Shown: positions 25,909-37,695, counted from the stretch's first letter. The stretch: 64,000 nt of DNA from Acidobacteriota bacterium (GCA_034211275.1 JAXHTF010000008.1:10431-74430), one strand, 5' to 3'. Notes: generated by a model not told the origin, from the letters alone. Numbers and translations: made by a program.

Positions 25909-27852
25909 TCAAATTCCCAGCGCTTGAGAATCTCCCGCCGCCAGCGTCCTCACCAATTCTTGGTAGAAGTAGTCGTTGGTGTTGCGCACCCGCTCGTCGA
26001 CCCGATCCTCATACATCTGCCGAGAGCGGTCGATGTCTTCCTTCAGGCGTTCGTAGATGTTCTTGTTGCGCCGCCCTTCTTCCACCTGCTCCTCGTTGTA
26101 GAGCTTGATCTCGCTCACCAGCAATCGCGCCAAACGGCGGGCCTTCTCGTGCAGCTCATCGTCCGCCGCCGAGGGCTTGGGGGCCTGAGAGAACGCCCAG
26201 CCGGGACCGTCGATGTCCTCCGGCGGCGCCACTTGATTCGCCTTCACCTCCGCCGGCGGCGAACGGAACATCGAATCACCGTCCTGGGCCTGGGCCGCGG
26301 GACCACCGGGGTGGGTATCGTCCCCATCGCGCTCAGCCTCCGCCGCGGACTCTTCCTCCTCGACCTGCTGGATCTCGGAAGTGGAAGTATCGACGGATGG
26401 GGCTTCCGCAGGCTCGCCCCGCCCGAGCAAAACGGTGCCATCAGCATCGAAATCGCCCTCTGGCGGCGCGGCTTCGCTAGCCTCCTCCGTCGCCTCCTCG
26501 GTGGCTTCCGGCGTGAACTCCACCGTCTGCAGACCGGCGACTTCGCTCACCGGCGGCATGGGAGCTACGTCGGAGAGGCCTTCATCTTCCGACTCGGCGT
26601 CCTCTTCCTCCCAGGCCAGAGAGGGGCCGCCTTCGGGCTCGGCCACGGCCTCCAGGGGCGGCGCTTCGTCTTCCGCCTCAGCCGTTTCCCAGGTCAAGGA
26701 GCCGTCCGGTGCTTCTTCGGCGATCTCCGGAGTGTCCTCGACCTCGACCTCTTCCAGAGCCGGCTGCTCGATGGCCTCCACGGAGGCGACCGCCGGCTCC
26801 TCGGCAGTGGCGGGCCACGAGGGAGACTCTTCCTCCGGCTCTTCGGGCTGAACCTCCTCGACTGGGGCCTCCTCGATGGGGGCCTCCTCGACTGGGGCCT
26901 CCTCGTCGGCGGTCACGGCGGCTAGACGATCCGGCGAGGGTCCCCCTACGAGGGTCTCGTCCTCCTCGTCGGCAGCAGCTTCTTCAACGACGGCCTCTTC
27001 CGTCGCGGCCTCTTCGGCCGGCTGGGGCTCGGTTTCGGCCTCCGCTGGCGGTGCAGGCGGGGGCGGGGCTGGCGGCTCTGGAACCGAGGGTTCCGCAGCT
27101 GGTGGAGCCGAGGCCGTTGCGACGCCGGCGCCGGCGTCGTCTTGCATGTGCAGGGTCGGGGTGAACTCCCGGCTGCGATAGGGCAGGGTCTCGATGGCCA
27201 GAGCGGAGACGTAGGTCAAAATCTGCAGCGCTTCGGGCACCAGGCCGGAACCGCCGGGCAGGGTGTCAGCATAAATCGCCGCCGCCACCTGGTCGCGCAG
27301 CACCAGCGGCACCAGCACGCCACGGCTAGGCAGCGGGCTGTCCACCTTGCTGCACACCCGGCCGCAGTCGCCGGCGGTGAGGCCGACGGCGGCCTTGCCC
27401 TGGGACATGCGCTGCCAGGGGCCGTCCTCCCGGTACTCCAGCGTCAGCTCCCCCACCGCCTCGGCGGCCTCTCCGAAGCCCTGGCTCTGCCAGGCCACGG
27501 CACGATCCTCACGGATCAGGAAGATGATGATGCGGGAAGCAAAGTCCGCACCCTGCTCGAGCAGCTGGGAGAGCACCTCCGCCTGGCTCTTGGCGCGGTC
27601 GATGGGCGCCAGGGAGCGCACCAGCTCACCGAGGGCTCCACCCCGAGCCTCGCTTCGAGCCTCTTCCACCAAGGGAGCGATCTGCCCGGAGACCGACAAC
27701 GAGCCGGGGAGGCGGTCACTCGCCTCCGCTACTTGCTGAGAGACTTGCTCGCCAACCTTCCGGCCCACCTCGTCCTGGAGGCCTCGTAATGCCTCTTTGA
27801 CTAGGCGCGCAACATGTTCGTCCAACTGCTGGATCTTTTCGTCGATGGCCAT
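25909..27852 (-). CDS. acidic low-complexity protein with structured N-terminal domain and conserved C-terminal helical domain (PopZ-like architecture)
   Basis: 647 aa. The N-terminal ~230 aa are a GAF/roadblock-like mixed alpha/beta segment. The central ~330 aa are E/P/A-rich with EEAP(V/I) repeats. The C-terminal ~70 aa are charged-helical (RLARLLVSEIKLYNEEQVEEGRRNKNIYERLKEDIDRSRQMYEDRVDERV). Confidence 0.45.
   Translation of the reverse strand: MAIDEKIQQLDEHVARLVKEALRGLQDEVGRKVGEQVSQQVAEASDRLPGSLSVSGQIAPLVEEARSEARGGALGELVRSLAPIDRAKSQAEVLSQLLEQGADFASRIIIFLIREDRAVAWQSQGFGEAAEAVGELTLEYREDGPWQRMSQGKAAVGLTAGDCGRVCSKVDSPLPSRGVLVPLVLRDQVAAAIYADTLPGGSGLVPEALQILTYVSALAIETLPYRSREFTPTLHMQDDAGAGVATASAPPAAEPSVPEPPAPPPPAPPAEAETEPQPAEEAATEEAVVEEAAADEEDETLVGGPSPDRLAAVTADEEAPVEEAPIEEAPVEEVQPEEPEEESPSWPATAEEPAVASVEAIEQPALEEVEVEDTPEIAEEAPDGSLTWETAEAEDEAPPLEAVAEPEGGPSLAWEEEDAESEDEGLSDVAPMPPVSEVAGLQTVEFTPEATEEATEEASEAAPPEGDFDADGTVLLGRGEPAEAPSVDTSTSEIQQVEEEESAAEAERDGDDTHPGGPAAQAQDGDSMFRSPPAEVKANQVAPPEDIDGPGWAFSQAPKPSAADDELHEKARRLARLLVSEIKLYNEEQVEEGRRNKNIYERLKEDIDRSRQMYEDRVDERVRNTNDYFYQELVRTLAAGDSQALGI
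26853..26912. repeat. about 4 x 15-bp in-frame tandem repeat (CCTCCTCGACTGGGG-like) encoding EEAP(V/I) in the acidic protein
   Basis: Read directly: units at 26853-26867, 26868-26882 and 26883-26897, plus a degenerate copy at 26898-26912. Confidence 0.85.
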
Positions 27853-28140
27853 CGGTTCCCCTCAGCGAGCGCTGAATGTGCAGGAAAATCCCTGAAGAGT
27901 AACGATTATATTTTTCTACCTCCTGGGGGTGTCAAGCTGACACGGCCCTCCAAGGTCCCGGAAATCGGCCCTTTGCACCCTCCCAGGGCCGACGTCCGGA
28001 CTCCGGCGCAGGTCCCGCCCCGGGGGCTTTTGCTGCTCTGCCAGCGCTGTGGTAGCTTTCATGGGATCCCCGTCGACGTCGCAGACGTCCTCATGTCATC
28101 TAGTTCAAGAAGACAGCTCAGGAGGCCGAAGATGAGTCGC

Positions 28141-28971
28141 CCATTCCGCAAATCGTTGATCCCCTGCGCCCTGTTGGTGCTCGGCACCGCCTTCGCGTGC
28201 GGCGAAGATCAAGCCGCCATCCAGGCCCAAATGGAGGCGGAGCGCGAGGCCGCCCTGGTGAGCATCGAGGAAGCCAAAGAGGCCCTCGACGCCAAGCGGG
28301 CTGAGTATCATGACTTGCTGGCCGAAATTCAGGAGCCGGAAGCGGCCGAGGGTGAGACCCCGGAACCCGCCGAGGGCGAAACCGCCGAGGGTGAAGAGCC
28401 TCTGAGCGAGGAAGAGCTCCAGGCCCAGGCGGACGAGCTGAAGGAAGAGATCGAAACCGAGGCAGAAGAGCTGGCGGGCAAGATCGTCGAGTTCATCAAC
28501 GAGGATCCGCCGGTGGCCGACGAGCCCTACAGCGAGCACCAGCAGCGGGCCATCAACCTGAAGGTGGAAGAGGACATCCTCCTCGCCCAGCAGTGGGTCC
28601 AGAGCGGCGGTGACTACCGTCGCGCCATCAGCATTCTCGAATCTCTGGTGCCCCTGGCCCCGAACCACGAAGGGCTGCAGGCCGAGCTGGAGCAGGCACG
28701 CAACTTCCGCTACATGACCGAGGAGCGCTTCGCCGCTGCCAAGAAGGGCATGACCGAGGACGAGATCCGCGAGGCTCTGGGCCCGGTCAACCTGCGCAAC
28801 GTCAAGGAATACGACGACCGCGGCGTCATCGCCTGGTTCTACCCGAAGGACGGCGGCGGAGCCGCTGGCGTTTTCTTCAACGAGAAGAAGGGTCAGCTGG
28901 TGGTCTACAAGACCGATTACAACGCCGTGCCCAACCCCAACGAAGAAGAGGGTGGCGAGGGCGAAGGCTGA
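28141..28971 (+). CDS. lipoprotein with acidic coiled-coil region and C-terminal BamE (SmpA/OmlA)-like domain
   Basis: AGGAGG ribosome-binding site 6 nt upstream of ATG 28141. Signal peptide ends LGTAFAC. The C-terminal GMTEDEIREALGPVNLRNVKEYDDRGVIAWFYP...VFFNEKKGQLVVYK resembles the BamE GMT...LG.P...W.Y fold signature. Confidence 0.45.
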   Translation, partial: PFRKSLIPCALLVLGTAFACGEDQAAIQAQMEAEREAALVSIEEAKEALDAKRAEYHDLLAEIQEPEAAEGETPEPAEGETAEGEEPLSEEELQAQADELKEEIETEAEELAGKIVEFINEDPPVADEPYSEHQQRAINLKVEEDILLAQQWVQSGGDYRRAISILESLVPLAPNHEGLQAELEQARNFRYMTEERFAAAKKGMTEDEIREALGPVNLRNVKEYDDRGVIAWFYPKDGGGAAGVFFNEKKGQLVVYKTDYNAVPNPNEEEGGEGEG

Positions 28972-29088
28972 TCCAAGCCCGGGTGTCACTTGACTTCCGG
29001 CGGGCGCTGAAGCAAACTGGTGGGAGCGCTGTGCAAAGCGACTGCTTTCGCACCGCGCAATCTTGTCCGTAAAGTGAGGTGAATTCCA

Positions 29089-29298
29089 GTGCCTGTGGTT
29101 CAAGTACGCGACGACGAAAGCTTCGAGAACGCTCTCCGTCGCTTCAAGCGGAAGGTCGAAAAGGCCGGTATCCTGACGGAGCTGCGCAAGCGTCAGCACT
29201 TCGAGAAGCCGTCGGTCAAGCGTAAGCGTAAGGCCATGCAGGCTCGCAAGAAGGCTCTTCGCAAACTCGCGGAGGACCGTCGCGCGGGACTCGCCTGA
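29089..29298 (+). CDS. rpsU: 30S ribosomal protein S21
   Basis: [48 protein letters not shown] is near-identical in pattern to bacterial S21. GTG start with GAGGTG ribosome-binding site. Confidence 0.9.
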   Translation: MPVVQVRDDESFENALRRFKRKVEKAGILTELRKRQHFEKPSVKRKRKAMQARKKALRKLAEDRRAGLA

Positions 29299-29445
29299 GA
29301 CACCAGCCTTGACCTGAATCCGAGGCTCGGAGCATTCCGGGTTTCGGTTCCGCAGTTTCTATTCGCGGGAGCCGGTTCGCCGGCTCCCGCGCTGCATTTG
29401 GGAGGCTTCTCGTCAGCTCATCGATTCGCGAGTAGACTTGCTCCC

Positions 29446-31878
29446 ATGCCCCTAGCTGCTCCCACCCACGCCACCGGCGCCTTCTCCGGACCAACCCTGA
29501 CGGCTCTGGAGCTGCCTTCTCTCCTCGCCGTCCTCAGCACCCTGGCGGCCTCCGACCTCGGCCGGCAGCGCATCCTCGGTCTGACTCCCGCCACCTCCCC
29601 GGAGGAGCTGGCAGAACGGCGCAAGATCTACCAGGAATGCGTCCAGCTCCTGGCCCAGGGGCGCCTCATCCCGTCCTTCGAGGAAGATCTGGAGCCGGTG
29701 CTGGAACGGCTGGACACCGGCCGGCCGCCGGTCACCGGCCGGGAGCTCAACCGCCTGGCGACCCTTCTCTCCGCCGTACGCGAAGCTCGATCAAAGATCC
29801 GCAGCGCCGACCCCCCGTGCCCGACACTGGCGGAGGCGGTGTCCGAGATGGTCGACCTGGAACCCCTGGAGCGGCGCATCCGCCGTGCCCTGGACCGCCG
29901 GGGCGAGGTGCGGCCCGACGCCTCGCCGGAGCTGGTGCGGCTGCGGGGCCAGATTCGCTCGGTGCGGGACGGCCTGTACAACGAGCTTCGCGGCTACCTC
30001 CAGGAGCATAAAGACGACCTCGGCGACGACACCATCCCCATGCGCGGCGGGCGTCTTGTGCTGACCTTGGGGTCGGGTTCCAAAGGACGCCTTCAAGGCC
30101 TCACCCACGGCCGGTCGGGCACCGGCAAGAGCTTTTACTTCGAGCCCCTGGCGGTGGTGGAGTCCAACAACCGGCTGCAGCAGGCGACGGAGGATGAAGA
30201 GGCGGAGCGCCTACGCATCCTCGCCGAGCTGGTGGCCTCCGCCCGGGAAGCGCTGCCGGATCTGTGGAAATACGCCGAGCTCCTCGCTGAGCTCGATCTG
30301 CAGCAGGCTGCGGCACGCTATGCCGACCTCACCGACGGCCGGCTGGCGGAGCCGGCACCGAGCCGTCAGCTGCGCCTGGTCGAGGCCCGCCACCCGCTCC
30401 TCGACCCGTCGCTCCAGGATCTACGCCGAGAGGCCTTGGGCCAGCCCGGCCACGGCAAGGCGGTGGTGCCCCTGGATCTGGAACTGGACCCCGACAAGCG
30501 ACTGCTGGTGGTCACCGGCCCCAACGCCGGCGGCAAAACCGTGGCCCTCAAGACCCTCGGCCTCCTTACCCTCTCCGCCCTCTGCGGCCTGCCGGTTCCA
30601 GCGGCCAGGGGCACCCGCCTGCCGTTTCTCGCCGGCGTCATCGCCACCGTGGGCGACGACCAGGATCTGCTCACCGACCGCTCGACCTTCAGCGGCCGGC
30701 TGTTGCGCCTGAAGGAAGTGTGGGAGCAGGCGAACGACGACACCCTGGTGCTCCTCGACGAGCTGGGCTCGGGCACCGACCCGGAGGAGGGCTCGGCCCT
30801 GGCCATCTCTCTGGTGGAGGCGCTGCTGGAACGGGGCAGCCCGTGCCTCATCACCAGCCATCTGGTCCAGGTCGCCGCCGCCGCCATGGAGATGGACGGC
30901 GCGGCCTGCGCCGCCATGGAGATGAACGCGGAGACCGGCGAGCCCACCTTCCACCTCCAACCGGGCCCGCCGGGGGGCAGCGAAGCCCTGCGTCTGGCCC
31001 GCCGCCTGGGCCTGCCGGCGGCCTGGCTGGACCGCGCCGAGGCCCGGCTGGGCTCCGAGCACCGCGACCTGCGGCGGCTGCTCTCCGAGGTCGAAGCCCT
31101 GCGCCAGGAGCTCACCGAGTCGCGCCAGCGGCTCGAGGAGGAGGTGACCGACGCCGCCAAATTGCGCCAGCGCCTGAGCGAGGAAGAGCAAGAGCTGCGC
31201 CAGGAGCGCCGCACTCTCTCCAAGCGCATGCAGCGCGAGCTCGAGGACTTCCGCCAGCGCACCGCCCAAAAGCTCCGCGACGAAGTGGCGGCGATGCGCT
31301 CGAAGCTCGAAGCGGGACGCAGCAAAAAGGCTGAAGCCGACGCCTTGGGGAAGCTCTTTCGGGAAGCTCCCGACTTTCAAGCTCCGGAGCTGGAAGACGC
31401 CGGGGAGGGCGGCCCCATGGAACCCGGCGCCACCGTTCGCCACCGCTTGCTGGGCTGGGAAGGGCGGCTGGAGAAGCTCGACCGCGGCCGGGCGGAGGTC
31501 TCGGTGCAGGGCAAGCGGGTGCGTTGCAAGGAAGACGAGTTGGTCACCGTCGCGGCCCAGGAAGGCCCCAAGCGCCCCCGAAAGAGTCGCCAGGCCGCCA
31601 GAAGCTCCGGCTTGAGCACGCCCGACGCCTCAGTGGAGCCCGAGCTGATGCTCATCGGCGAGCGAGTGGAGCCGGCCCTGGATCGCCTCGACGTCTACCT
31701 GGACCAGGCGCTCCTCGCCGGCCGCGGCGAAGTTCGGGTCGTCCACGGCCACGGCTCCGGCCGCCTGCGCCGGGCGGTGCGGGAGCACCTGCGCCAACAC
31801 CCAGCGGTGCGCAACCTCCGCGCCGGCGCCCCCAACGAAGGCGGCGATGGCGCCACCGTGGTGGCGTTGGGAAGTTAG
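29446..31878 (+). CDS. mutS2: endonuclease MutS2 (MutS domain III/V ATPase plus C-terminal Smr domain)
   Basis: Walker A GPNAGGKT and MutS ABC-ATPase region (TSHL), central coiled coil, and a C-terminal Smr domain (LDVYLDQALLAGRGEVRVVHGHGSGRLRRAVREHL). Start is either ATG 29446 or TTG 29398. Confidence 0.85.
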   Translation: MPLAAPTHATGAFSGPTLTALELPSLLAVLSTLAASDLGRQRILGLTPATSPEELAERRKIYQECVQLLAQGRLIPSFEEDLEPVLERLDTGRPPVTGRELNRLATLLSAVREARSKIRSADPPCPTLAEAVSEMVDLEPLERRIRRALDRRGEVRPDASPELVRLRGQIRSVRDGLYNELRGYLQEHKDDLGDDTIPMRGGRLVLTLGSGSKGRLQGLTHGRSGTGKSFYFEPLAVVESNNRLQQATEDEEAERLRILAELVASAREALPDLWKYAELLAELDLQQAAARYADLTDGRLAEPAPSRQLRLVEARHPLLDPSLQDLRREALGQPGHGKAVVPLDLELDPDKRLLVVTGPNAGGKTVALKTLGLLTLSALCGLPVPAARGTRLPFLAGVIATVGDDQDLLTDRSTFSGRLLRLKEVWEQANDDTLVLLDELGSGTDPEEGSALAISLVEALLERGSPCLITSHLVQVAAAAMEMDGAACAAMEMNAETGEPTFHLQPGPPGGSEALRLARRLGLPAAWLDRAEARLGSEHRDLRRLLSEVEALRQELTESRQRLEEEVTDAAKLRQRLSEEEQELRQERRTLSKRMQRELEDFRQRTAQKLRDEVAAMRSKLEAGRSKKAEADALGKLFREAPDFQAPELEDAGEGGPMEPGATVRHRLLGWEGRLEKLDRGRAEVSVQGKRVRCKEDELVTVAAQEGPKRPRKSRQAARSSGLSTPDASVEPELMLIGERVEPALDRLDVYLDQALLAGRGEVRVVHGHGSGRLRRAVREHLRQHPAVRNLRAGAPNEGGDGATVVALGS

Positions 31879-31887
31879 AGCAGCACC

Positions 31888-33693
31888 ATGAGCCTGGGCA
31901 ACATCGACCTCAACCCCCAGCTGGTGCAGGCGGTGCGGGACACCATCGACATCGTCTCCATCGCCTCCGAGCACACGCGGCTGAGCAAGGCCGGGCATCG
32001 CTACAAGGGGCTCTGCCCGCTGCACAAGGAAAAGACGCCGTCGTTCAGCGTCGACCCCTCCAAAGGACTCTTCTACTGCTTTGGCTGCGGCGCCGGCGGC
32101 GACGCCATCCGGCTGCACATGCTCACCAGCGGCGACGACTTTCCCGCCGCCATCGAAAGCCTGGCGCAGAAATACGGCATTCCTCTGCCCTCCCGCCGCG
32201 CCCGCAGCTCCGAAGGCCCCCGGGAACCGGATCTGCGGCCGGCGCTGGAGGCGGCGGAGGAGTTCTTTCGCGACCAGCTGAAGCGCTCTCCCTTCGCCCG
32301 CCGCTACCTCGAAGAGCGCCAGATGCCGGCGGAGCTGGCGGAGGAATTCGGCCTCGGCTACGCCCCCGACGATTGGCGTCAGCTGCTGGAGGCGTTGTCC
32401 CGGCGGATTCCCACCAAAGATCTCGAAGCCGCCGGCCTGATCACCACCTCCGACCGCTCCGACCGGCCCTACGACCGCTTCCGCAACCGCCTGATCTTCC
32501 CCATCCGCAACCCCAGCGGCCGGCTGGTGGGCTTCGGTGGCCGCACCCTCGGAGAGGACCGGGCCAAGTACATCAACACCTCCGAGACCGCCCAATTCCA
32601 CAAAAGCCGCCTGCTCTACGGCCTGTCGGAGGGCAAGCGGGAAATGCGGGACCGCGGCGTCGCCGTGCTCACCGAGGGCTATTTCGACGTCCTGGGCACC
32701 GTCGCCAGCGGCTTCCCTGGGGCAGTGGCGAGCATGGGCACCTCCCTGACCGCAGAGCAGTCCAAGCTCCTGGCCCGCTTCTGCGATCAGGTGATCATCG
32801 CCTACGACGGCGACGACGCCGGCGAGGCGGCGGCACGGCGGGCGCTGCCGCTGCTCTTGGGGGTGGGCTTGACGGTCCGCCGGGCGCGGCTGGCCGCCGG
32901 CCACGATCCCGACTCGCTACGCCTCGAAGAAGGACCGGAAGCGGTCCGGGAGGCGCTGGAATCAGCTCCCGACGCCGTCCATCTCGAGCTGGACCGGCTG
33001 GTGCCCCAGGGCCAACGCTTCTCCCCCCAAGAGCGGGCCGAAGCCGCCGAGGAAGTGCGCCAGCTGCTCTCCCCCATCCCCGACCCCATCGTACGGCTGG
33101 GCTACGGCCGCATCGCCGCACAGCGCCTGGAGATCCCCGAGGAGCTCCTATGGCGCGGCCAGCGAAATCGCCGGCGAGGAGGGCCCGAGGGACCGGCGGG
33201 CCCCGACAACGAGGACCCGGGCGAGTCACGACGCCAGGAGCGGCTTACCCGCAGCCACGAAGAGTGGGTGCTGGCGGTGCTGCTCAGCGACCCCGGCGGG
33301 GTTCCCGAGGAGGAACTGCTGCCGCCGGAGGCGGCTTTCCTGGACGGACGCTGCCGGCGGCTGTTCAAGGCCTACCGGGAAGCCTATCGAGACACCGGTG
33401 CCGCGCCGGACGCGGACCGGCTGCGCCGGGCGCTCCCCGTTGCCGGCGCCGAGCTGGAGCATCTGGCCTGGATCCTCGGCGACGGCACCGACACTTCCCG
33501 CTTCCGGCTGCCGGAGATGCTCGCCCAGCTCCGTGAGCGCCACGACCGCCAACAGCTGCAACAGCTGGCGGTGGGCATTCGCCAGGCCGACGAGCGCGGC
33601 GAGGTGGAGGAGGTCCTACGGCTGGTGGAGCTCAAACAGGAGATCAGCCGGCGTCTGCATAAGGGTTCTCGAGGCGGCCCTCGAAGCGCCTGA
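31888..33693 (+). CDS. dnaG: DNA primase DnaG
   Basis: Zinc-binding CPLHKEKTPSFSV...FYCFGCGAGGD motif, TOPRIM domain (EGYFDVL...DGDDAG), and C-terminal helicase-interaction domain. Confidence 0.9.
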   Translation: MSLGNIDLNPQLVQAVRDTIDIVSIASEHTRLSKAGHRYKGLCPLHKEKTPSFSVDPSKGLFYCFGCGAGGDAIRLHMLTSGDDFPAAIESLAQKYGIPLPSRRARSSEGPREPDLRPALEAAEEFFRDQLKRSPFARRYLEERQMPAELAEEFGLGYAPDDWRQLLEALSRRIPTKDLEAAGLITTSDRSDRPYDRFRNRLIFPIRNPSGRLVGFGGRTLGEDRAKYINTSETAQFHKSRLLYGLSEGKREMRDRGVAVLTEGYFDVLGTVASGFPGAVASMGTSLTAEQSKLLARFCDQVIIAYDGDDAGEAAARRALPLLLGVGLTVRRARLAAGHDPDSLRLEEGPEAVREALESAPDAVHLELDRLVPQGQRFSPQERAEAAEEVRQLLSPIPDPIVRLGYGRIAAQRLEIPEELLWRGQRNRRRGGPEGPAGPDNEDPGESRRQERLTRSHEEWVLAVLLSDPGGVPEEELLPPEAAFLDGRCRRLFKAYREAYRDTGAAPDADRLRRALPVAGAELEHLAWILGDGTDTSRFRLPEMLAQLRERHDRQQLQQLAVGIRQADERGEVEEVLRLVELKQEISRRLHKGSRGGPRSA

Positions 33694-34119
33694 TGCCCTG
33701 GTCCCAAGCCCCCGCCGCCGAAGCTCCCAAGGTGCCGGAAGCGAGAATCTTTGCCCAAAGGGGAATTTTTTCGGCCTCGAATGCACTCTTAATATAGGTT
33801 GGCGGCTTCGTGTCGCGAAGGTCTCTGGAGAAGGAAGGACCTTTGGCTCTCGTTGACCCTCAAGTTATGCTTGTGCTACAACTGTCCGCTGGTCCGCTTC
33901 TGGCGCGGCCAGCCTTTGGTCTGTCCGAATTTTTGAGCAGAGGCACGAGCTGCCATCACCAGCTCAGCACCAGGAGCCGCCGAGGACGAGCGGCCGGCAA
34001 AAGATTTTCTTCTTTCCGTCCCGAAAACAGTCGCCGTCCGCAACGTATCTAGAAGAAGAAATGGTAATCCGGGCAATGGAACGACCGATTCCGGCCCCCG
34101 GTGAAGGCGAGGTAAGACT

Positions 34120-35826
<1,707 letters not shown>

Positions 35827-35876
35827 AGCATCCTCTGCAGCCCTCTCGGCTAGGGTGCCTCTGTTGAGGAGCCCGT

Positions 35877-35906
35877 GTTGACAAGGCGGCAGAGCGCGCC
35901 CTAGAA
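35877..35906 (+). promoter_or_regulatory. candidate sigma-70 promoter (TTGACA-18 nt-TAGAAT) upstream of tRNA-Asn
   Basis: TTGACA at 35877-35882 and TAGAAT at 35901-35906 read directly, about 60 nt upstream of the tRNA 5' end. Confidence 0.35.
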
Positions 35907-35967
35907 TTCACGGCTCCGGGTTCTGCCCGGAGCCACCCGGGCCTCCGCCCGGACCCACAAGTCTCGA

Positions 35968-36042
35968 TCCTCGGTAGCTCAATGGTAGAGCGGTCGGCTG
36001 TTAACCGATTGGTTGGGGGTTCAAGTCCCTCCCGAGGAGCCA
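35968..36042 (+). tRNA. tRNA-Asn (anticodon GUU)
   Basis: TCCTCGGTAGCTCAATGGTAGAGCGGTCGGCTGTTAACCGATTGGTTGGGGGTTCAAGTCCCTCCCGAGGAGCCA: 7-bp acceptor stem, GTT anticodon, T-loop GGTTCAAGTCC, encoded CCA. Confidence 0.85.
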
Positions 36043-36067
36043 CTCCCCTCCCCTCTCAGCCGCTCTC

Positions 36068-37192
36068 TCAACCTGTAGTCAGCTTTTCTTCCCGGAGAAA
36101 TTCACGCCAGCCGAAGAAGGCCAGCGCTAGCGCCAGCGTGCCCGCCAGAGCCCAGAGGGTGCCGGCGGTGGGTCGGGGGCGAACCCGGCCGCGCAGCACG
36201 GGGCTGACGTAGCCCGGAGCCGGGCCGGTGTTGCCGGCGGCCTCGGCCACCTCGGCGCGTTGCTCCTCGGACCAGCGGTGGGTTCCCTCGCCGCGGCTCG
36301 GACGCTGATCGAGGAACGGGTCGAAGTACTTCTCCAGGATTCGATTCTCCACCCAAGCCACCCGCGCCTTGCCCGCCGCCATGGAGGCGTTGCGGTGACT
36401 GACGTGCCAGCCGCCCTCGGTGCGGTAGCGATCCTCCCGCTCCCATGGATCGCCCCCCGGCTCTTCCACCGCCCAGCGCAGCCGGCGCTCCTCCACCGCC
36501 TCCGCCAGCTCCGCCTCGCTGTGCCACGAGAGGAAGCGTCCAACCTCCGGATCCACGATCTCGTAGCCCACGTGGGCCGCGTGGTAAAAGCCCGCCAGCA
36601 GCACCACCACCGGCACCGCCCAGCGCGCCACCTGAGCTCGGCGCCGCGGAGGCAAACGCCAGCGGAAGGTTTCGGGAGGCAGGAAGGCGGTGGCGGCGAG
36701 GAGGCCGCAGAAGCCGGCGTAGACGTTGAGCCCAACGTCCCCCATCTCCCCGACTCGCTGGGGCGACCACCAGTGGACCCACTCCTCTAGGGTGCCGGCG
36801 GCGGTGATGCCGAGCATCGCCAAGAGCGGCCCGGACAGGTCGCGCCGCGGCAGCAGCGCCCAATGGAGGGCCGCCGCCAAGAGCCCGTACTGCACGAAGT
36901 GCACCTTCTCCACCACGTCCACCCGCGGAATGCCGCTGCCGGCCACCAGCGTCTCCAGCGCGATGAGCCCCACCACCAGCGCCAGGAGGCCGTATCGCAG
37001 CTTGCGGCGGTCGCGGATACGCCACAGCCCGACCCCCACCACCAGCACCAGTACGAGGGCCAGCAAGGCGCTGAGCCAGCGAACGAAGCCTTCCCCGAAG
37101 GCATCGAGCAAGGTGTCCCGGACCTGCCCAAGAAAGGGCGCGGTGAGCAGGTTGAAGAGGAAGACAGCGAGCGCCGGGAAGAACCGCTTCAT
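36068..37192 (-). CDS. hypothetical polytopic membrane protein (N-terminal VanZ-like TM region plus extracytoplasmic C-terminal domain)
   Basis: 374 aa with multiple hydrophobic helices in the N-terminal half. No catalytic motifs recognised. Starts 20 nt downstream of the VanZ-like gene on the same strand. Confidence 0.4.
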   Translation of the reverse strand: MKRFFPALAVFLFNLLTAPFLGQVRDTLLDAFGEGFVRWLSALLALVLVLVVGVGLWRIRDRRKLRYGLLALVVGLIALETLVAGSGIPRVDVVEKVHFVQYGLLAAALHWALLPRRDLSGPLLAMLGITAAGTLEEWVHWWSPQRVGEMGDVGLNVYAGFCGLLAATAFLPPETFRWRLPPRRRAQVARWAVPVVVLLAGFYHAAHVGYEIVDPEVGRFLSWHSEAELAEAVEERRLRWAVEEPGGDPWEREDRYRTEGGWHVSHRNASMAAGKARVAWVENRILEKYFDPFLDQRPSRGEGTHRWSEEQRAEVAEAAGNTGPAPGYVSPVLRGRVRPRPTAGTLWALAGTLALALAFFGWREFLREEKLTTG

Positions 37193-37212
37193 GGTCGAGA
37201 GCCCGTAGCGGA

Positions 37213-37695
37213 TTAAGGCTTGGGCCGGTCCGGACGGGCGAAGACGAGCAACACGCTAGCGCCGAGGAAGGTTCCCAACGTGTTGAAGATCAGATCGTCG
37301 ATGTCCGTAGCCCGGGTCACCATGATCAATTGCATCAGCTCGATGGCGAGGCTGAGCAGAAAGCCCCAGGCCACCACCCGCGCCAGGGTCCAGAGCCGTG
37401 AGCGGCCGCGGAGCAGCCCGGCGGTAGCGAAGCCGAAGGGGACGAAGGCAGCGATATTGCCCATGACATGGAGAGCCAGGTAGTTGAAGGCGGGGTGCTG
37501 GAGGGGATCCGGCGCAGCCATCACCCCCCGAGCCGCTCGCCAGGTTTGGTCCAGCGGCACCAGATTGACGCCCCGAACCTCGCTGTGGGGAGACAAGGTC
37601 AACCCGAGCAGCACGGCAGTGCAGAAGGCCACCATCCAGCCCCACGAGGCGCGACGATCCTTCCCAGTCTGCTTTTTCTTGCGCCGACGGGTCAC
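37213..37695 (-). CDS. VanZ-like family membrane protein
   Basis: About 160 aa, 4 TM helices. NIAAFVPFGF...IELMQ...RATDIDDLIFNTLG matches the VanZ family signature. Confidence 0.6.
   Translation of the reverse strand: MTRRRKKKQTGKDRRASWGWMVAFCTAVLLGLTLSPHSEVRGVNLVPLDQTWRAARGVMAAPDPLQHPAFNYLALHVMGNIAAFVPFGFATAGLLRGRSRLWTLARVVAWGFLLSLAIELMQLIMVTRATDIDDLIFNTLGTFLGASVLLVFARPDRPKP

Noticed and set aside
25807-27200. Plus-strand ORFs 25807-26925, 26381-26851 and 26709-27164 antisense to the acidic protein
   Set aside because: They arise from the low-complexity GAG/GCC-rich repeat region. The minus-strand frame has conserved N- and C-terminal domains.
28990-29018. Candidate rpsU promoter TTGACT-17-CAAACT
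   Set aside because: The -10 element is weak (CAAACT), so it is not reported as a feature. A promoter further upstream or a different sigma factor is equally possible.
33810-34052. 80-aa ORF in the dnaG-rpoD spacer
   Set aside because: No ribosome-binding site or domain. The region is better explained as promoter or leader sequence for rpoD.
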